The notes beneath the pieces were generated by a model. It did no database searches, was not told the DNA's origin, and saw only the letters and a program-made list of their open reading frames with translations. From Bacteroidales bacterium (GTDB lineage Bacteria > Bacteroidota > Bacteroidia > Bacteroidales > JBGRPZ01), in contig JBGRQE010000006.1 in NCBI GenBank assembly GCA_041725955.1, forward strand, positions 37,593 to 101,592: a stretch of 64,000 bases of DNA, in the 5' to 3' direction. Shown here piece after piece: positions 9,965 through 19,086 of this stretch (within the stretch, counting starts at the first letter, position 1; each line of letters begins with the position of its first letter). The translations under genes and the position numbers were made by a program.

Positions 9965-11821
9965 ATGGCCAAAAGGAATCTGTCAAACAGACGACATATT
10001 ATTTTTAGAATATTTCTTATTGTAGCAGCAATTCTGCTGGTGCGCTTATTCTTTTTGCAAGTACTGGACAATGAATATAAATTGTCGGCAGAAAACAATG
10101 CCATTAGACATGTTACTCTTTATCCTTTAAGAGGTATGATCTATGACCGTGATAATAAACTGATGGTTTATAACGAACCTGCCTATGATTTAATGATTAT
10201 TCCTCGAAAGGTAAAAATTGAAGATACTCTGGAGTTTTGTAATTTTTTAAGTATTGAGAAAGAGGATTTTATAAAGCGGATGAAACGATGCAAAGGCTAT
10301 TCGTATTCCATTCCTAGTATTTTCCTTGGGCAGCTATCAAGAGAAGATTATGGTTTTTTAGCTGAAAACTTATATAAATATCCGGGTTTTTATGTTCAGT
10401 CAAGAACCTTGCGAAAATATCCTTTTCCAATTGCAGCACATACCTTTGGATATATTGGAGAAGTAAATGATCGTGAAACAGAACGTGATTCGTATTATCG
10501 TTCTGGCGATTATATTGGGAAAAGCGGATTGGAAAAGTTTTATGAAAAAGATCTTCGGGGACGTAAGGGTAAAAAAATTATGCTTGTCGATGTTTTCCGT
10601 CGTGAAAAAGGAAGTTATAAAAACGGTAAATATGATACGATTCCTATTCATGGAAAAGATCTTACAATTTCATTAGATGCCGATTTGCAGTCTTATGCCG
10701 AGCAATTGATGCAAAATAAAAAAGGGAGTATAGTTGCTATTGAGCCTGGATCGGGTGAGATTCTGGCTTTTGTTACTAGTCCTACTTACGACCCTAATCT
10801 TTTGGTAGGTAGAGTGAGAGGGAAAAATTACGGACTTTTGCAGAACGACAGTTTGAACCCGCTGATGAATAGAGCTGTATTGGGTGCGTATTCTCCGGGA
10901 TCTACTTTTAAAATGATTACAGGGCTAATCGGTCTTCAGGAAGGAGTTGTAAATAGTTATACTAAATTTTATTGTGAAGGGCGAGAAGCAAGGCCAATCC
11001 GTTGTTCGCACTACCATGAATCACCAATTAATATAATGGGGGGTATTCAGCAAAGTTGCAATCCTTTTTTCTGGCAAACATTTAAAAGGTGTATGGAGGA
11101 TAAAAAATTTGGCAATATTAAGGATGCATATAAAAATTGGTATAATCATGTAAGGAGTTTTGGCCTGGGAGAAAAATTTAATACTGATATTCCTTTTGAG
11201 GTAAGCGGTAAAGTTCCTAAAATGGAATATTTTGATAAAATTTATCGAGGCCGCTGGAATGCTTTAACGGTTCGTTCTTTATCTATCGGACAGGGAGAAT
11301 TGTTAGTTACTCCACTTCAATTGGCTAATCTGGCAGCAATTTTTGGCAATAAAGGCTATTATTATGCTCCCCATTTTATTCGTGAAAAAGATCATAAATG
11401 GGATGACACATATGGTAAGAAAATTTATACAACCATAGATAGTGTTTACTATAATGTGGTTAGAGAGGGAATGCTGGAAGTGTTTGAAGGAGCTCATGGT
11501 ACTGCTCGTTTTTATAAGGTTCCGGGAGTTGTAGCAGCCGGAAAAACAGGAACTGTAGAGAATAATCATGGTAAAGACCATAGTGTATTCTTGTCTTTTG
11601 CTCCATATAATAAACCAAAGATTGCTATTTCTGTAATTGTTGAAAATGGTGGGTTCGGAACAAAATGGGCTGCTCCAATTGCTAGTTTGCTTACAGAAAA
11701 ATATATAAACGATACAATTAAGCGTCCTGCATTAGAGAAACGAATTATGGAGGGCGATTTAATTCATCCTAAGGAAAAAATTATTAAACAAATTAAGAAG
11801 AATAAACTTGAGACGAGATAG
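9965..11821 (+). CDS. mrdA: Penicillin-binding protein 2 (elongasome transpeptidase)
   Basis: The SxxK (SPGSTFK) and KTGT motifs are present, the N-terminus is a membrane anchor, and rodA follows directly. Confidence 0.9.
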   Translation: MAKRNLSNRRHIIFRIFLIVAAILLVRLFFLQVLDNEYKLSAENNAIRHVTLYPLRGMIYDRDNKLMVYNEPAYDLMIIPRKVKIEDTLEFCNFLSIEKEDFIKRMKRCKGYSYSIPSIFLGQLSREDYGFLAENLYKYPGFYVQSRTLRKYPFPIAAHTFGYIGEVNDRETERDSYYRSGDYIGKSGLEKFYEKDLRGRKGKKIMLVDVFRREKGSYKNGKYDTIPIHGKDLTISLDADLQSYAEQLMQNKKGSIVAIEPGSGEILAFVTSPTYDPNLLVGRVRGKNYGLLQNDSLNPLMNRAVLGAYSPGSTFKMITGLIGLQEGVVNSYTKFYCEGREARPIRCSHYHESPINIMGGIQQSCNPFFWQTFKRCMEDKKFGNIKDAYKNWYNHVRSFGLGEKFNTDIPFEVSGKVPKMEYFDKIYRGRWNALTVRSLSIGQGELLVTPLQLANLAAIFGNKGYYYAPHFIREKDHKWDDTYGKKIYTTIDSVYYNVVREGMLEVFEGAHGTARFYKVPGVVAAGKTGTVENNHGKDHSVFLSFAPYNKPKIAISVIVENGGFGTKWAAPIASLLTEKYINDTIKRPALEKRIMEGDLIHPKEKIIKQIKKNKLETR

Positions 11822-13064
11822 GCTAATTAGTAAACCAGATAGTATATGTTTGCTGCTGATTTTGATTCTAATGTTTTTAGGATGGTTAAATATTTATGCA
11901 GCAGTTTATGATGATGCTCATTCCAGCATTTTTGATATTTCACAACGTTATGGAAAACAATTACTATGGATTGGTGCTTCAATGGTGCTGGGTGTGGTGG
12001 TGATGATGCTTGAAGCCCGAATTATACCGGCTTTCTCTTTTGTGGTTTATATTTTTATGTTGGCTTTGCTTGTAGGTGTTTTGTTTTTTGGTTCGACAAT
12101 AGCTGGCGCTAAGTCTTGGTTTAAAATAGGTTCCTTTGCTATACAACCCGCTGAATTTGCAAAGTTTGCAACTTGCTTGGCTTTGGCGCGTTATTTGTCG
12201 CAGGTAAATATAGATTTGAGTAAATTTAAAGATCAAATTTCTGCAGCTGCTATTATCCTTCTTCCATCGATTTTAATTTTATTGCAGAATGATACTGGCT
12301 CGGCTTTGGTATATTTCTCATTGGTTTTTGTTTTATATCGTGAGGGATTGTCTGGTTATTTTTTGGTGTTAGGATTGCTTTGTGCTACATTATTTGTTTT
12401 AAGCTTGTTGTTCTATGAAGTTTATGTGATTTTGGGATTGGCCCTTGTCTCGGTTTTCCTTTACTATATTGTGCGTAACCATAAAAAAGCAATTCTCTCG
12501 GTAGTAGGGTTCTTTTTATTGTCTTCCTTGTTTGTGGGGAGTGTTGATTATGCTTTTAATAATGTATTAGAGCCTCATCAGAAGAAACGTATTAATGTTT
12601 TGTTGGGGATTGAAAAGGATAATCGAGGTGCTGGTTATAATGTTTTTCAGTCTAAAACAGCAATTGGTTCAGGAGGCTTTGCTGGAAAGGGGTTTTTGCA
12701 GGGAACACAAACTAAAGGTAATTTCGTTCCAGAACAAGATACCGATTTTATTTTCTGTACTGTAGGTGAAGAATGGGGCTTTGTAGGAACTTTTGTTGTT
12801 GTTATACTATTTGTTTTGCTTTTTGCACGACTATTATTCCTTGCAGAGCGTCAGCGATCGGTATTTAATAGAATGTATGGCTATGGAGTAGTCAGTATTT
12901 TATTTTTCCACTTTATGGTTAATATATCCATGACTATTGGTCTTGCACCAGTTATTGGAATCCCTCTACCTTTTTTTAGTTATGGAGGATCATCTTTATG
13001 GGGATTTAGTATTCTTATTTTTATTTTTCTTAAGCTTGATGCTACTCGCTTAGAATCTTTGTAA
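11808..13064 (+). CDS. rodA: Rod shape-determining protein RodA (SEDS family)
   Basis: It is a multi-pass membrane protein with the FtsW/RodA signature GLAPVIGIPLPFFSYGGSS. The start is a TTG at 11808, so the exact start is uncertain. Confidence 0.88.
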   Translation: MRRDRLISKPDSICLLLILILMFLGWLNIYAAVYDDAHSSIFDISQRYGKQLLWIGASMVLGVVVMMLEARIIPAFSFVVYIFMLALLVGVLFFGSTIAGAKSWFKIGSFAIQPAEFAKFATCLALARYLSQVNIDLSKFKDQISAAAIILLPSILILLQNDTGSALVYFSLVFVLYREGLSGYFLVLGLLCATLFVLSLLFYEVYVILGLALVSVFLYYIVRNHKKAILSVVGFFLLSSLFVGSVDYAFNNVLEPHQKKRINVLLGIEKDNRGAGYNVFQSKTAIGSGGFAGKGFLQGTQTKGNFVPEQDTDFIFCTVGEEWGFVGTFVVVILFVLLFARLLFLAERQRSVFNRMYGYGVVSILFFHFMVNISMTIGLAPVIGIPLPFFSYGGSSLWGFSILIFIFLKLDATRLESL

Positions 13065-13230
13065 GAATTCTTGAGAATATTAAGATGTAAAGATGGGATT
13101 AATCCGAAATTATTATAGAAATGTTTTCTTTCATTATATATCTGAGCTACTTTAAGCAAGAAAAAGTTTAGATCCCTTATTTTGAATTGGAATAAAAACG
13201 CGAAAAAAAACTAAAAAGAAAGTGCAGGAT

Positions 13231-13261
13231 AAAAAAAAAGCCTGACTTTTGTCAGGCTTTT
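13231..13261. terminator. Bidirectional hairpin terminator between rodA and tRNA-Phe
   Basis: The stem AGCCTGAC tttt GTCAGGCT is flanked by an A9 run on one side and a T-run on the other. Confidence 0.7.
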
Positions 13262-13262
13262 G

Positions 13263-13335
13263 TGGTGCCACCTGGAATCGAACCAGGGACACAAGGATTT
13301 TCAGTCCTTTGCTCTACCAACTGAGCTATGGCACC
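13263..13335 (-). tRNA. tRNA-Phe (anticodon GAA)
   Basis: The reverse complement reads GGTGCCATAGCTCAGTTGGTAGAGCAAAGGACTGAAAATCCTTGTGTCCCTGGTTCGATTCCAGGTGGCACCA. It forms a 7-bp acceptor stem, the anticodon loop CTGAAAA and a GTTCGATTC T-loop. CCA is not encoded. Confidence 0.93.
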
Positions 13336-13492
13336 GTTTTGTTTGTTTGCTTTTGAGTGTCTGTTTCCCCTCAACTGCGATGCAAATATACATCGAAAAA
13401 GATATACTATCCAAATATTTTTTTCTAAAAATGTCTATTTAAAAAGGTTTTAGATTAATTTTGATAGTGTTTTTCAATTTAAATATCTATAT

Positions 13493-14218
13493 ATGAGATT
13501 GGTAATTGACTGCGGAAATACCCTTAAAAAAGTATCAGTTTTTTATGAAAATGAAATAATTTTTGAAGAAAAGAGCGAAAATTTAGATGTGAGTATGTTG
13601 GAAAGGATAAAAAAAGATTATCCAAAACTCGAAAGTTCTATTATTTGCTCTGTAACTGACTATCCAAAGGAGGTAGATTCTTTCCTTGAAAGTAATTTTC
13701 GGCACTTTGTGATGAATAATAAATTACCTCTTCCTTTTGAGTGTGGTTATCTGCAACCCGAGAAATTGGGTATGGATCGTGCTGCTGCTGTAGCTGCGGT
13801 TCAATATTTGTATCCTGGCGAAAGTGCTTTGGCTATTGATGCAGGTACATGTATAACTATAGATTTAATTCAAGAAGGAAGGCTTTATTGTGGTGGATTA
13901 ATATCGCCAGGAATTAAAATGCGCTTAAAAGCTTTAAATCACTTTACCAATCGCTTGCCACTGTACGAAATTCAAGATAATGCAGAATTGCTTGGGAGAA
14001 CAACACAAGCTTCTGTACTTTCGGGCGTTCTTAATGGTACACTTGCCGAAATAGATGGTTTGATTGATAAATATCGTGACGAGTTTGGTGATCTGAAGGT
14101 GGTGGTAAGTGGTGGCGACTATAAATATTTTGATAAAAGGTTAAAAAATAACATCTTTGCAATCCCAAATATCGTTTTGTTGGGCTTAAATGTAATACTC
14201 GAATTTAATGACAATTAG
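13493..14218 (+). CDS. coaX: Type III pantothenate kinase
   Basis: The motifs MRLVIDCGNT and AIDAGTCITID are present, and the 241-aa length is typical of CoaX. Confidence 0.88.
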   Translation: MRLVIDCGNTLKKVSVFYENEIIFEEKSENLDVSMLERIKKDYPKLESSIICSVTDYPKEVDSFLESNFRHFVMNNKLPLPFECGYLQPEKLGMDRAAAVAAVQYLYPGESALAIDAGTCITIDLIQEGRLYCGGLISPGIKMRLKALNHFTNRLPLYEIQDNAELLGRTTQASVLSGVLNGTLAEIDGLIDKYRDEFGDLKVVVSGGDYKYFDKRLKNNIFAIPNIVLLGLNVILEFNDN

Positions 14219-15503
14219 GAAACTTTATCTTACAATTCTACTGTCAATTTGCATGCTGACTGGTTTGAAAGATCTTATTGGTCAGAGCAGTACTAACTCT
14301 CCTTATTCTCGCTTTGGAATAGGTATGTTAGATAATCAGAAATCAAACGTAATATCCAAAAGTATGGGTGGTATTGGTCAGGGGGTCTTTAGTAGAACCT
14401 TTATAAATCCAATGAACCCAGCGTCTTATGCGGCTTTTGATACTTTATCGTTTCATTTTGATGGAGCTGTTTCTGCTTCTATCCTAAGTTTAAAATCTGC
14501 AAATAACAGTGCCTCAGCCAATAGTGGTTCAGTAGATTATCTAACCTTTGGATTCCCTATTAATCGTTTCTGGAGGGCTAGTTTTGGATTATTGCCATTT
14601 AGTAATGTAACTTATGATGTATTAAAGGTACGTGATGGTGGTGATAATATTGGATCTATTAACCAGATATACAATGGTAGTGGAGGATTTAACCAAGTAT
14701 ATATAGGTAGTGGGTTTAAAGTTATGCCTAATTTATTTGTCGGTTTTAATGCTTACTACGTTTTTGGTAGTATTGCCAGAGCCAGAGAATTAGGTGTTCC
14801 TGAACAAAATAATGCCTATGAAACTCGTGTGACAGAAAAATTGCGGGCAAGTGATTATTACTTTGATTTTGGTGTGCAATATTTTCGCAATTTAAAAGAT
14901 GATTTAAAATTGGGAATGGGAGCAACCTTTTCGCCTCAAAACCAATTGTCTGCTAAACGAGATTATTTTGCTTATAACTTCCAGAAATCTGGAACAGGAC
15001 TTGAAAAAAATCAAGATACTATTATAAGCCGTCCTGAAGAAAAAGGAAATATGAAGTTCCCTCTAAACTTTGGCTTGGGATTCTCTATCGAAAAAGATAG
15101 AAATTGGATGATTGGTACCGATTTTACTTACGCGAATTGGAAAAACTATAGTTCTTTTGGTCAATCATTTTCAACAATAAAAGATTCCTGGAGTTTCAAG
15201 GTAGGAGGATATTGGTTACCTGATAATAGAAGTATTGCTAACTTCCTTAACCGTTCCATTTATCGCGTTGGATTTCATTATGGAGATTCCTATTATAAGA
15301 TTAATAATCAGTCGATTCCTGAGTATGGCATAAACTTTGGAGTTAGTTTTCCTTTCAGGAAAAATCAGTCAAGCATTAACCTAGGTATAGAATATGGAGG
15401 TTTAGGCAAAGCTGTAGATAATCTGGTCAAGGAGAGTTATTTCAAATTTAGTCTTGGAATAAGTATTCATGAAAAGTGGTTCGTAAAATATAAATATTAT
15501 TAG
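14208..15503 (+). CDS. Putative outer-membrane beta-barrel protein (family unassigned)
   Basis: It has a signal peptide, the SPYSRFGIGML motif, alternating aromatic/glycine-rich strands and an aromatic C-terminal end (KYKYY). Confidence 0.5.
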   Translation: MTIRKLYLTILLSICMLTGLKDLIGQSSTNSPYSRFGIGMLDNQKSNVISKSMGGIGQGVFSRTFINPMNPASYAAFDTLSFHFDGAVSASILSLKSANNSASANSGSVDYLTFGFPINRFWRASFGLLPFSNVTYDVLKVRDGGDNIGSINQIYNGSGGFNQVYIGSGFKVMPNLFVGFNAYYVFGSIARARELGVPEQNNAYETRVTEKLRASDYYFDFGVQYFRNLKDDLKLGMGATFSPQNQLSAKRDYFAYNFQKSGTGLEKNQDTIISRPEEKGNMKFPLNFGLGFSIEKDRNWMIGTDFTYANWKNYSSFGQSFSTIKDSWSFKVGGYWLPDNRSIANFLNRSIYRVGFHYGDSYYKINNQSIPEYGINFGVSFPFRKNQSSINLGIEYGGLGKAVDNLVKESYFKFSLGISIHEKWFVKYKYY

Positions 15504-15529
15504 TAGTAACATTTTTTAAAATCAGCGTG

Positions 15530-16933
15530 ATGAAAAAGAGTTTCTTGATCATTTTGTTGGGAATAATGGGTTGTGTTGCCACCGTTGGGGCAAAAACACA
15601 TTCTTCTCTTGAACTTATGAGTGTTCCCGATGGAAAAAAATATGGTGAGGACAGTGTGAATTGTGTAAAAAATCTTTCTTTATATAGAGAATCTTTCAAG
15701 CAATGGAAAGCCTCGAAATATAAGAATGAAGCTTATAAGGATGCTTTAAAACCATGGAGATGGGTTATGAAAAATTGCCCTTCTTCGTCTCAATATATAT
15801 ATATTGATGGTCCGAAAATGATTGATGCTTTAGCTAAGAAAGAAAAGGATCAAGCTGTAAAAGAAAAGTATTTAGATACTTTGGAAATGCTTTATGATTT
15901 AAGGATACAGTATTTTCCTTTAAATCGTAAAAAACAAAGTCAGAAAGGTGCTATTTTGGGACGTAAAGGAGTGGATATAATCACTTCTGCACCAAAGCGT
16001 TTTGAAAAAGCATATAATACATTAAAAGAATCTGTTGAAATAGAAGGAGATAAGTCAAGTGCTTCTGTTTTGGTATATTATATGTATTCTACTGTACGTA
16101 TGGTAAAGGCTGGTAAATTAGAAAAAGCAGCTGTTATTGATGTATACGATGTTTGTAGTACTTATTTGTCTGAAGATATTAGTCATTACAAAAAAGCAGG
16201 TAAGAAAAAGAATGCTGATGCTTATCAATCATACTTAAATAATGTTGAGAAGTATTTTGAGCCTTATGCAAATTGTGAAGACTTAATTAGCATATACCAA
16301 GAGAAATTTGCTAAAAATCCTAATGATTTAGATCTTCTTAAGCGTATTACCAATATCTTGACTAAAAAGAAATGTGAAGATTCAGAGCTTTTCTTCTCTG
16401 CATCTGAAAATCTATATAAATTAGAACCTTCTCCAAATGCTGCTTTCAATATTGGAATTATGCTTTTGAAAAAGAAGGAAAATACTAAAGGAATTGAATA
16501 CCTAAAAGAAGCTGAAAAAACTGAAGATTCTGCTCAGTTAGAAAAAGTGTATCTATTACTTGCTGATGCTTATAAAGCGGTTGGACAGTATTCTATAGGT
16601 AGAGATTATGCACGTAAACTTCTGAAGTTAGATCCTAATAATGGAAATGCTTATTTGATTATTGGTCAGATGTATGCAGCAAGTTCAAAATCTTGTGGTA
16701 GCGATGAATTAGGACAAGGAGCTGTTTTTTGTGCTGCTGTAGATCAGTTTGCTAGAGCTCGTCAGGTTTCTGATGATCCTAAAATTGATGCTGCTGCAAA
16801 CAAATTAATTGCTACTTATTCAAAGTATTTTCCAAATTCAGAGGTGATCTTCTTTAATAGTTTGAAAGAAGGTGATAGCTATGAGATTGGTTGTTGGATG
16901 AATGTTACTACCAAACTTCGTGCAGCAAAATAG
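15530..16933 (+). CDS. Tetratricopeptide-repeat protein with signal peptide
   Basis: It has a signal peptide and TPR-like helical repeats (for example AYKAVGQYSIGRDYARKLLKLDPNNGNAYLIIGQMY). The ATG at 15530 follows the track's GTG. Confidence 0.6.
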   Translation: MKKSFLIILLGIMGCVATVGAKTHSSLELMSVPDGKKYGEDSVNCVKNLSLYRESFKQWKASKYKNEAYKDALKPWRWVMKNCPSSSQYIYIDGPKMIDALAKKEKDQAVKEKYLDTLEMLYDLRIQYFPLNRKKQSQKGAILGRKGVDIITSAPKRFEKAYNTLKESVEIEGDKSSASVLVYYMYSTVRMVKAGKLEKAAVIDVYDVCSTYLSEDISHYKKAGKKKNADAYQSYLNNVEKYFEPYANCEDLISIYQEKFAKNPNDLDLLKRITNILTKKKCEDSELFFSASENLYKLEPSPNAAFNIGIMLLKKKENTKGIEYLKEAEKTEDSAQLEKVYLLLADAYKAVGQYSIGRDYARKLLKLDPNNGNAYLIIGQMYAASSKSCGSDELGQGAVFCAAVDQFARARQVSDDPKIDAAANKLIATYSKYFPNSEVIFFNSLKEGDSYEIGCWMNVTTKLRAAK

Positions 16934-16955
16934 TTTATTGATAAAAAAATATCAA

Positions 16956-17552
16956 ATGAGATATAGTAAGCAAAAATATTCTTTTGCATTGAAAAGCATT
17001 GTCATGGGCTTGGCCCTGACAATGCTTTTTGGTTGTAAAAATAAATTATCGGAAGTATATGGAGATGTTGAAGAATTATCTCTGCCCGATATTCAATATT
17101 ATGATGCCGTATTTCAACAAACCGATAGTGGCATCCTTCAGGCAAAAATTATTGCTCCTAAAGCCGATCGATATCTAGGCGATTCGGGTAAAATTGTATT
17201 GCCTCAGCGCTTTGATATATATTTCTACGAGAAAGATGGTCTTGCTAAAGGAAAGCTTTCTGCAGATTATGGCTTGCAAGAAGATGATAGTGATAAAACT
17301 GAAGCTCAGGGAAATGTGGTTTTGATTAGCTTTGAGGATAGTACAAAGCTTTATACTGAAAGACTGATTTGGGATAAAAAGAAGCGTAGGATTTTTTCTC
17401 CTGTAGATGTTAAGGTTGTTACTCCCGATCAAGTTGCTTATGGTGATTCACTGGAAGCGTCAGATGATCTGAAAGATCGTGAAATATTTGGGTTTAAATC
17501 TGAAATTGAGTTTGAAGAGCAAAAAAATGATAGCACTCAAGTTGCAGAGTAA
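16956..17552 (+). CDS. lptC: LPS export system periplasmic protein LptC-like
   Basis: It is about 199 aa with a lipoprotein-like anchor and OstA/LptC-like beta-jellyroll sequence. The coaX / TPR / CorC / PpiD context is typical of Bacteroidota. I prefer the ATG at 16956. Confidence 0.55.
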   Translation: MRYSKQKYSFALKSIVMGLALTMLFGCKNKLSEVYGDVEELSLPDIQYYDAVFQQTDSGILQAKIIAPKADRYLGDSGKIVLPQRFDIYFYEKDGLAKGKLSADYGLQEDDSDKTEAQGNVVLISFEDSTKLYTERLIWDKKKRRIFSPVDVKVVTPDQVAYGDSLEASDDLKDREIFGFKSEIEFEEQKNDSTQVAE

Positions 17553-17590
17553 ACACCAAAATAAAAAGATTTTATGTTGTATATTTGTAC

Positions 17591-17598
17591 TAAATTTG
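17591..17598 (+). promoter_or_regulatory. -7 promoter box TAAATTTG (a second box, TATATTTG, lies at 17580-17587)
   Basis: It matches TAnnTTTG and ends 19 nt upstream of the CorC/GldE-type gene start. Confidence 0.4.
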
Positions 17599-17617
17599 AA
17601 AACTTAATTCATTTGCT

Positions 17618-18880
17618 TTGAGCGATTGGACAATTATTATAATTACAGTAATTTTTTCGGCTTTCTTTTCAGGTATGGAGATTGCCTTTGTGAGTTCGAA
17701 TAAATTAAAAGTTGAACTAGATAGAAATAAAGGCCGTTTAAGTGGTTCCATCCTGTCTTCCTTTGTGCAAAATCCTTCTCGGTTTATTGGTGCTTTGTTG
17801 TTGGGGAATAATGTAGCTCTGGTGGTTTATGGTTTGGCTGCTACCCGGATTCTAAAGCCCTTTTTATTGGAATTGCTCCCTCTGAATTTACATTCCGAGA
17901 TCTTAATCTTGGTATTACAAACTGTAGTTTCAACCTTCTTTATTCTGCTTTTTGCTGAATTTACACCGAAAATATTGTTTCGCATGAATTCTAACGGGGT
18001 TTTAAGCTTTTTTGCCGTGCCAATAGCCCTACTTTACTATGTTACCTATCCAGTTATATTTTTATTCACCAGAGTGGCTGAAATCCTTGTGAAATGGTTT
18101 TTGAAAACTGATGTTACCGACCAGAAGTATGCTTTTGGTGTAATTGACTTAAGTGATTATGTAAATGAGTTGAGTCAAAATGAAGAAGAAGGAATAAATA
18201 AGGAAGAAATTCAAATGGTGCAAAATGCCATTGAGTTTAAAAGTACAAAAGTTCGTGAATGTCTAATTCCAAGAACAGAAATTGTTGCCCATGAAATTAA
18301 TGATGAAATTGAAGAGTTAAAACAAAGCTTTATGTCATCGGGGCATTCTAAAATTTTGATTTACGACGATACCATTGATAATATTATTGGCTACACTCAC
18401 TCATATGATATGTTTCGTATGCCTAAAAAGATTAGTGAGATATTACGAACCATAGATATCTTTTCTGAAACTACACTCGCTAACACTGCTATGAAGCATT
18501 TGCTTGCTCATCAGAAAAGTCTTGCTGTTGTGGTTGACGAATATGGAGGTACTTCCGGAATTGTAAGTGTGGAAGATCTTATGGAAGAAATTTTTGGAGA
18601 GATTCATGATGAATATGACAAGAATCATATTTTAGAAAAACAAATTTCTAAAAATGAATTTTTGTTTTCTGCTCGTATGGAAATCGATCGTATTAATGAG
18701 CAATACAAAATTGAGCTTCCTGTATCGGACGATTATGAAACTTTAGGAGGATTAGTCTTAACAGCTATGGGAGATATTCCTGAAGAAGGCGAAGTGCTTC
18801 AATTGGAAGGGTATAAGTTGATTATTACTAAAGCTTCCGATCGGAGAATTGAAGAGGTGAGGATAATTTGTAAGGAGTAA
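17618..18880 (+). CDS. CNNM/CorC-family membrane protein with CBS pair and CorC_HlyC domain (GldE-type)
   Basis: It has an N-terminal DUF21/CNNM transmembrane domain (FSAFFSGMEIAF), two CBS-like segments and a C-terminal transporter-associated domain. The start is a TTG. Confidence 0.8.
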   Translation: MSDWTIIIITVIFSAFFSGMEIAFVSSNKLKVELDRNKGRLSGSILSSFVQNPSRFIGALLLGNNVALVVYGLAATRILKPFLLELLPLNLHSEILILVLQTVVSTFFILLFAEFTPKILFRMNSNGVLSFFAVPIALLYYVTYPVIFLFTRVAEILVKWFLKTDVTDQKYAFGVIDLSDYVNELSQNEEEGINKEEIQMVQNAIEFKSTKVRECLIPRTEIVAHEINDEIEELKQSFMSSGHSKILIYDDTIDNIIGYTHSYDMFRMPKKISEILRTIDIFSETTLANTAMKHLLAHQKSLAVVVDEYGGTSGIVSVEDLMEEIFGEIHDEYDKNHILEKQISKNEFLFSARMEIDRINEQYKIELPVSDDYETLGGLVLTAMGDIPEEGEVLQLEGYKLIITKASDRRIEEVRIICKE

Positions 18881-19040
18881 ATTAACCCCCTCTATTTTCT
18901 ACCAAGTCTATATAAATTCAAGCCGTTTTATATCTTTTTTTATTGCTGTAAAAGCCTAATTTCTGTGAGACAGAGGGTTAGTGTATTGTGTGTTCGGCTA
19001 ATAAAATGCAAAATAATTTTTAATCTTTGCTTGCATTTGT

Positions 19041-19048
19041 TAAATTTG
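19041..19048 (+). promoter_or_regulatory. -7 promoter box TAAATTTG
   Basis: It matches TAnnTTTG and ends 38 nt upstream of the ATG at 19087. Confidence 0.4.
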
Positions 19049-19086
19049 TCCCCTAAAAAAAAATCGGGATTAATAAATAACAAGAT

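Noticed and set aside
13263-13335. tRNA-Phe as an integration hotspot for a genomic island.
   Set aside because: There is no integrase, no direct repeat of the tRNA 3' end that I could see, and housekeeping genes (rodA, coaX) lie on both sides.
13260-13442. Track ORF of 60 aa overlapping tRNA-Phe.
   Set aside because: It is antisense to a well-formed tRNA gene and so is an artefact of ORF calling.
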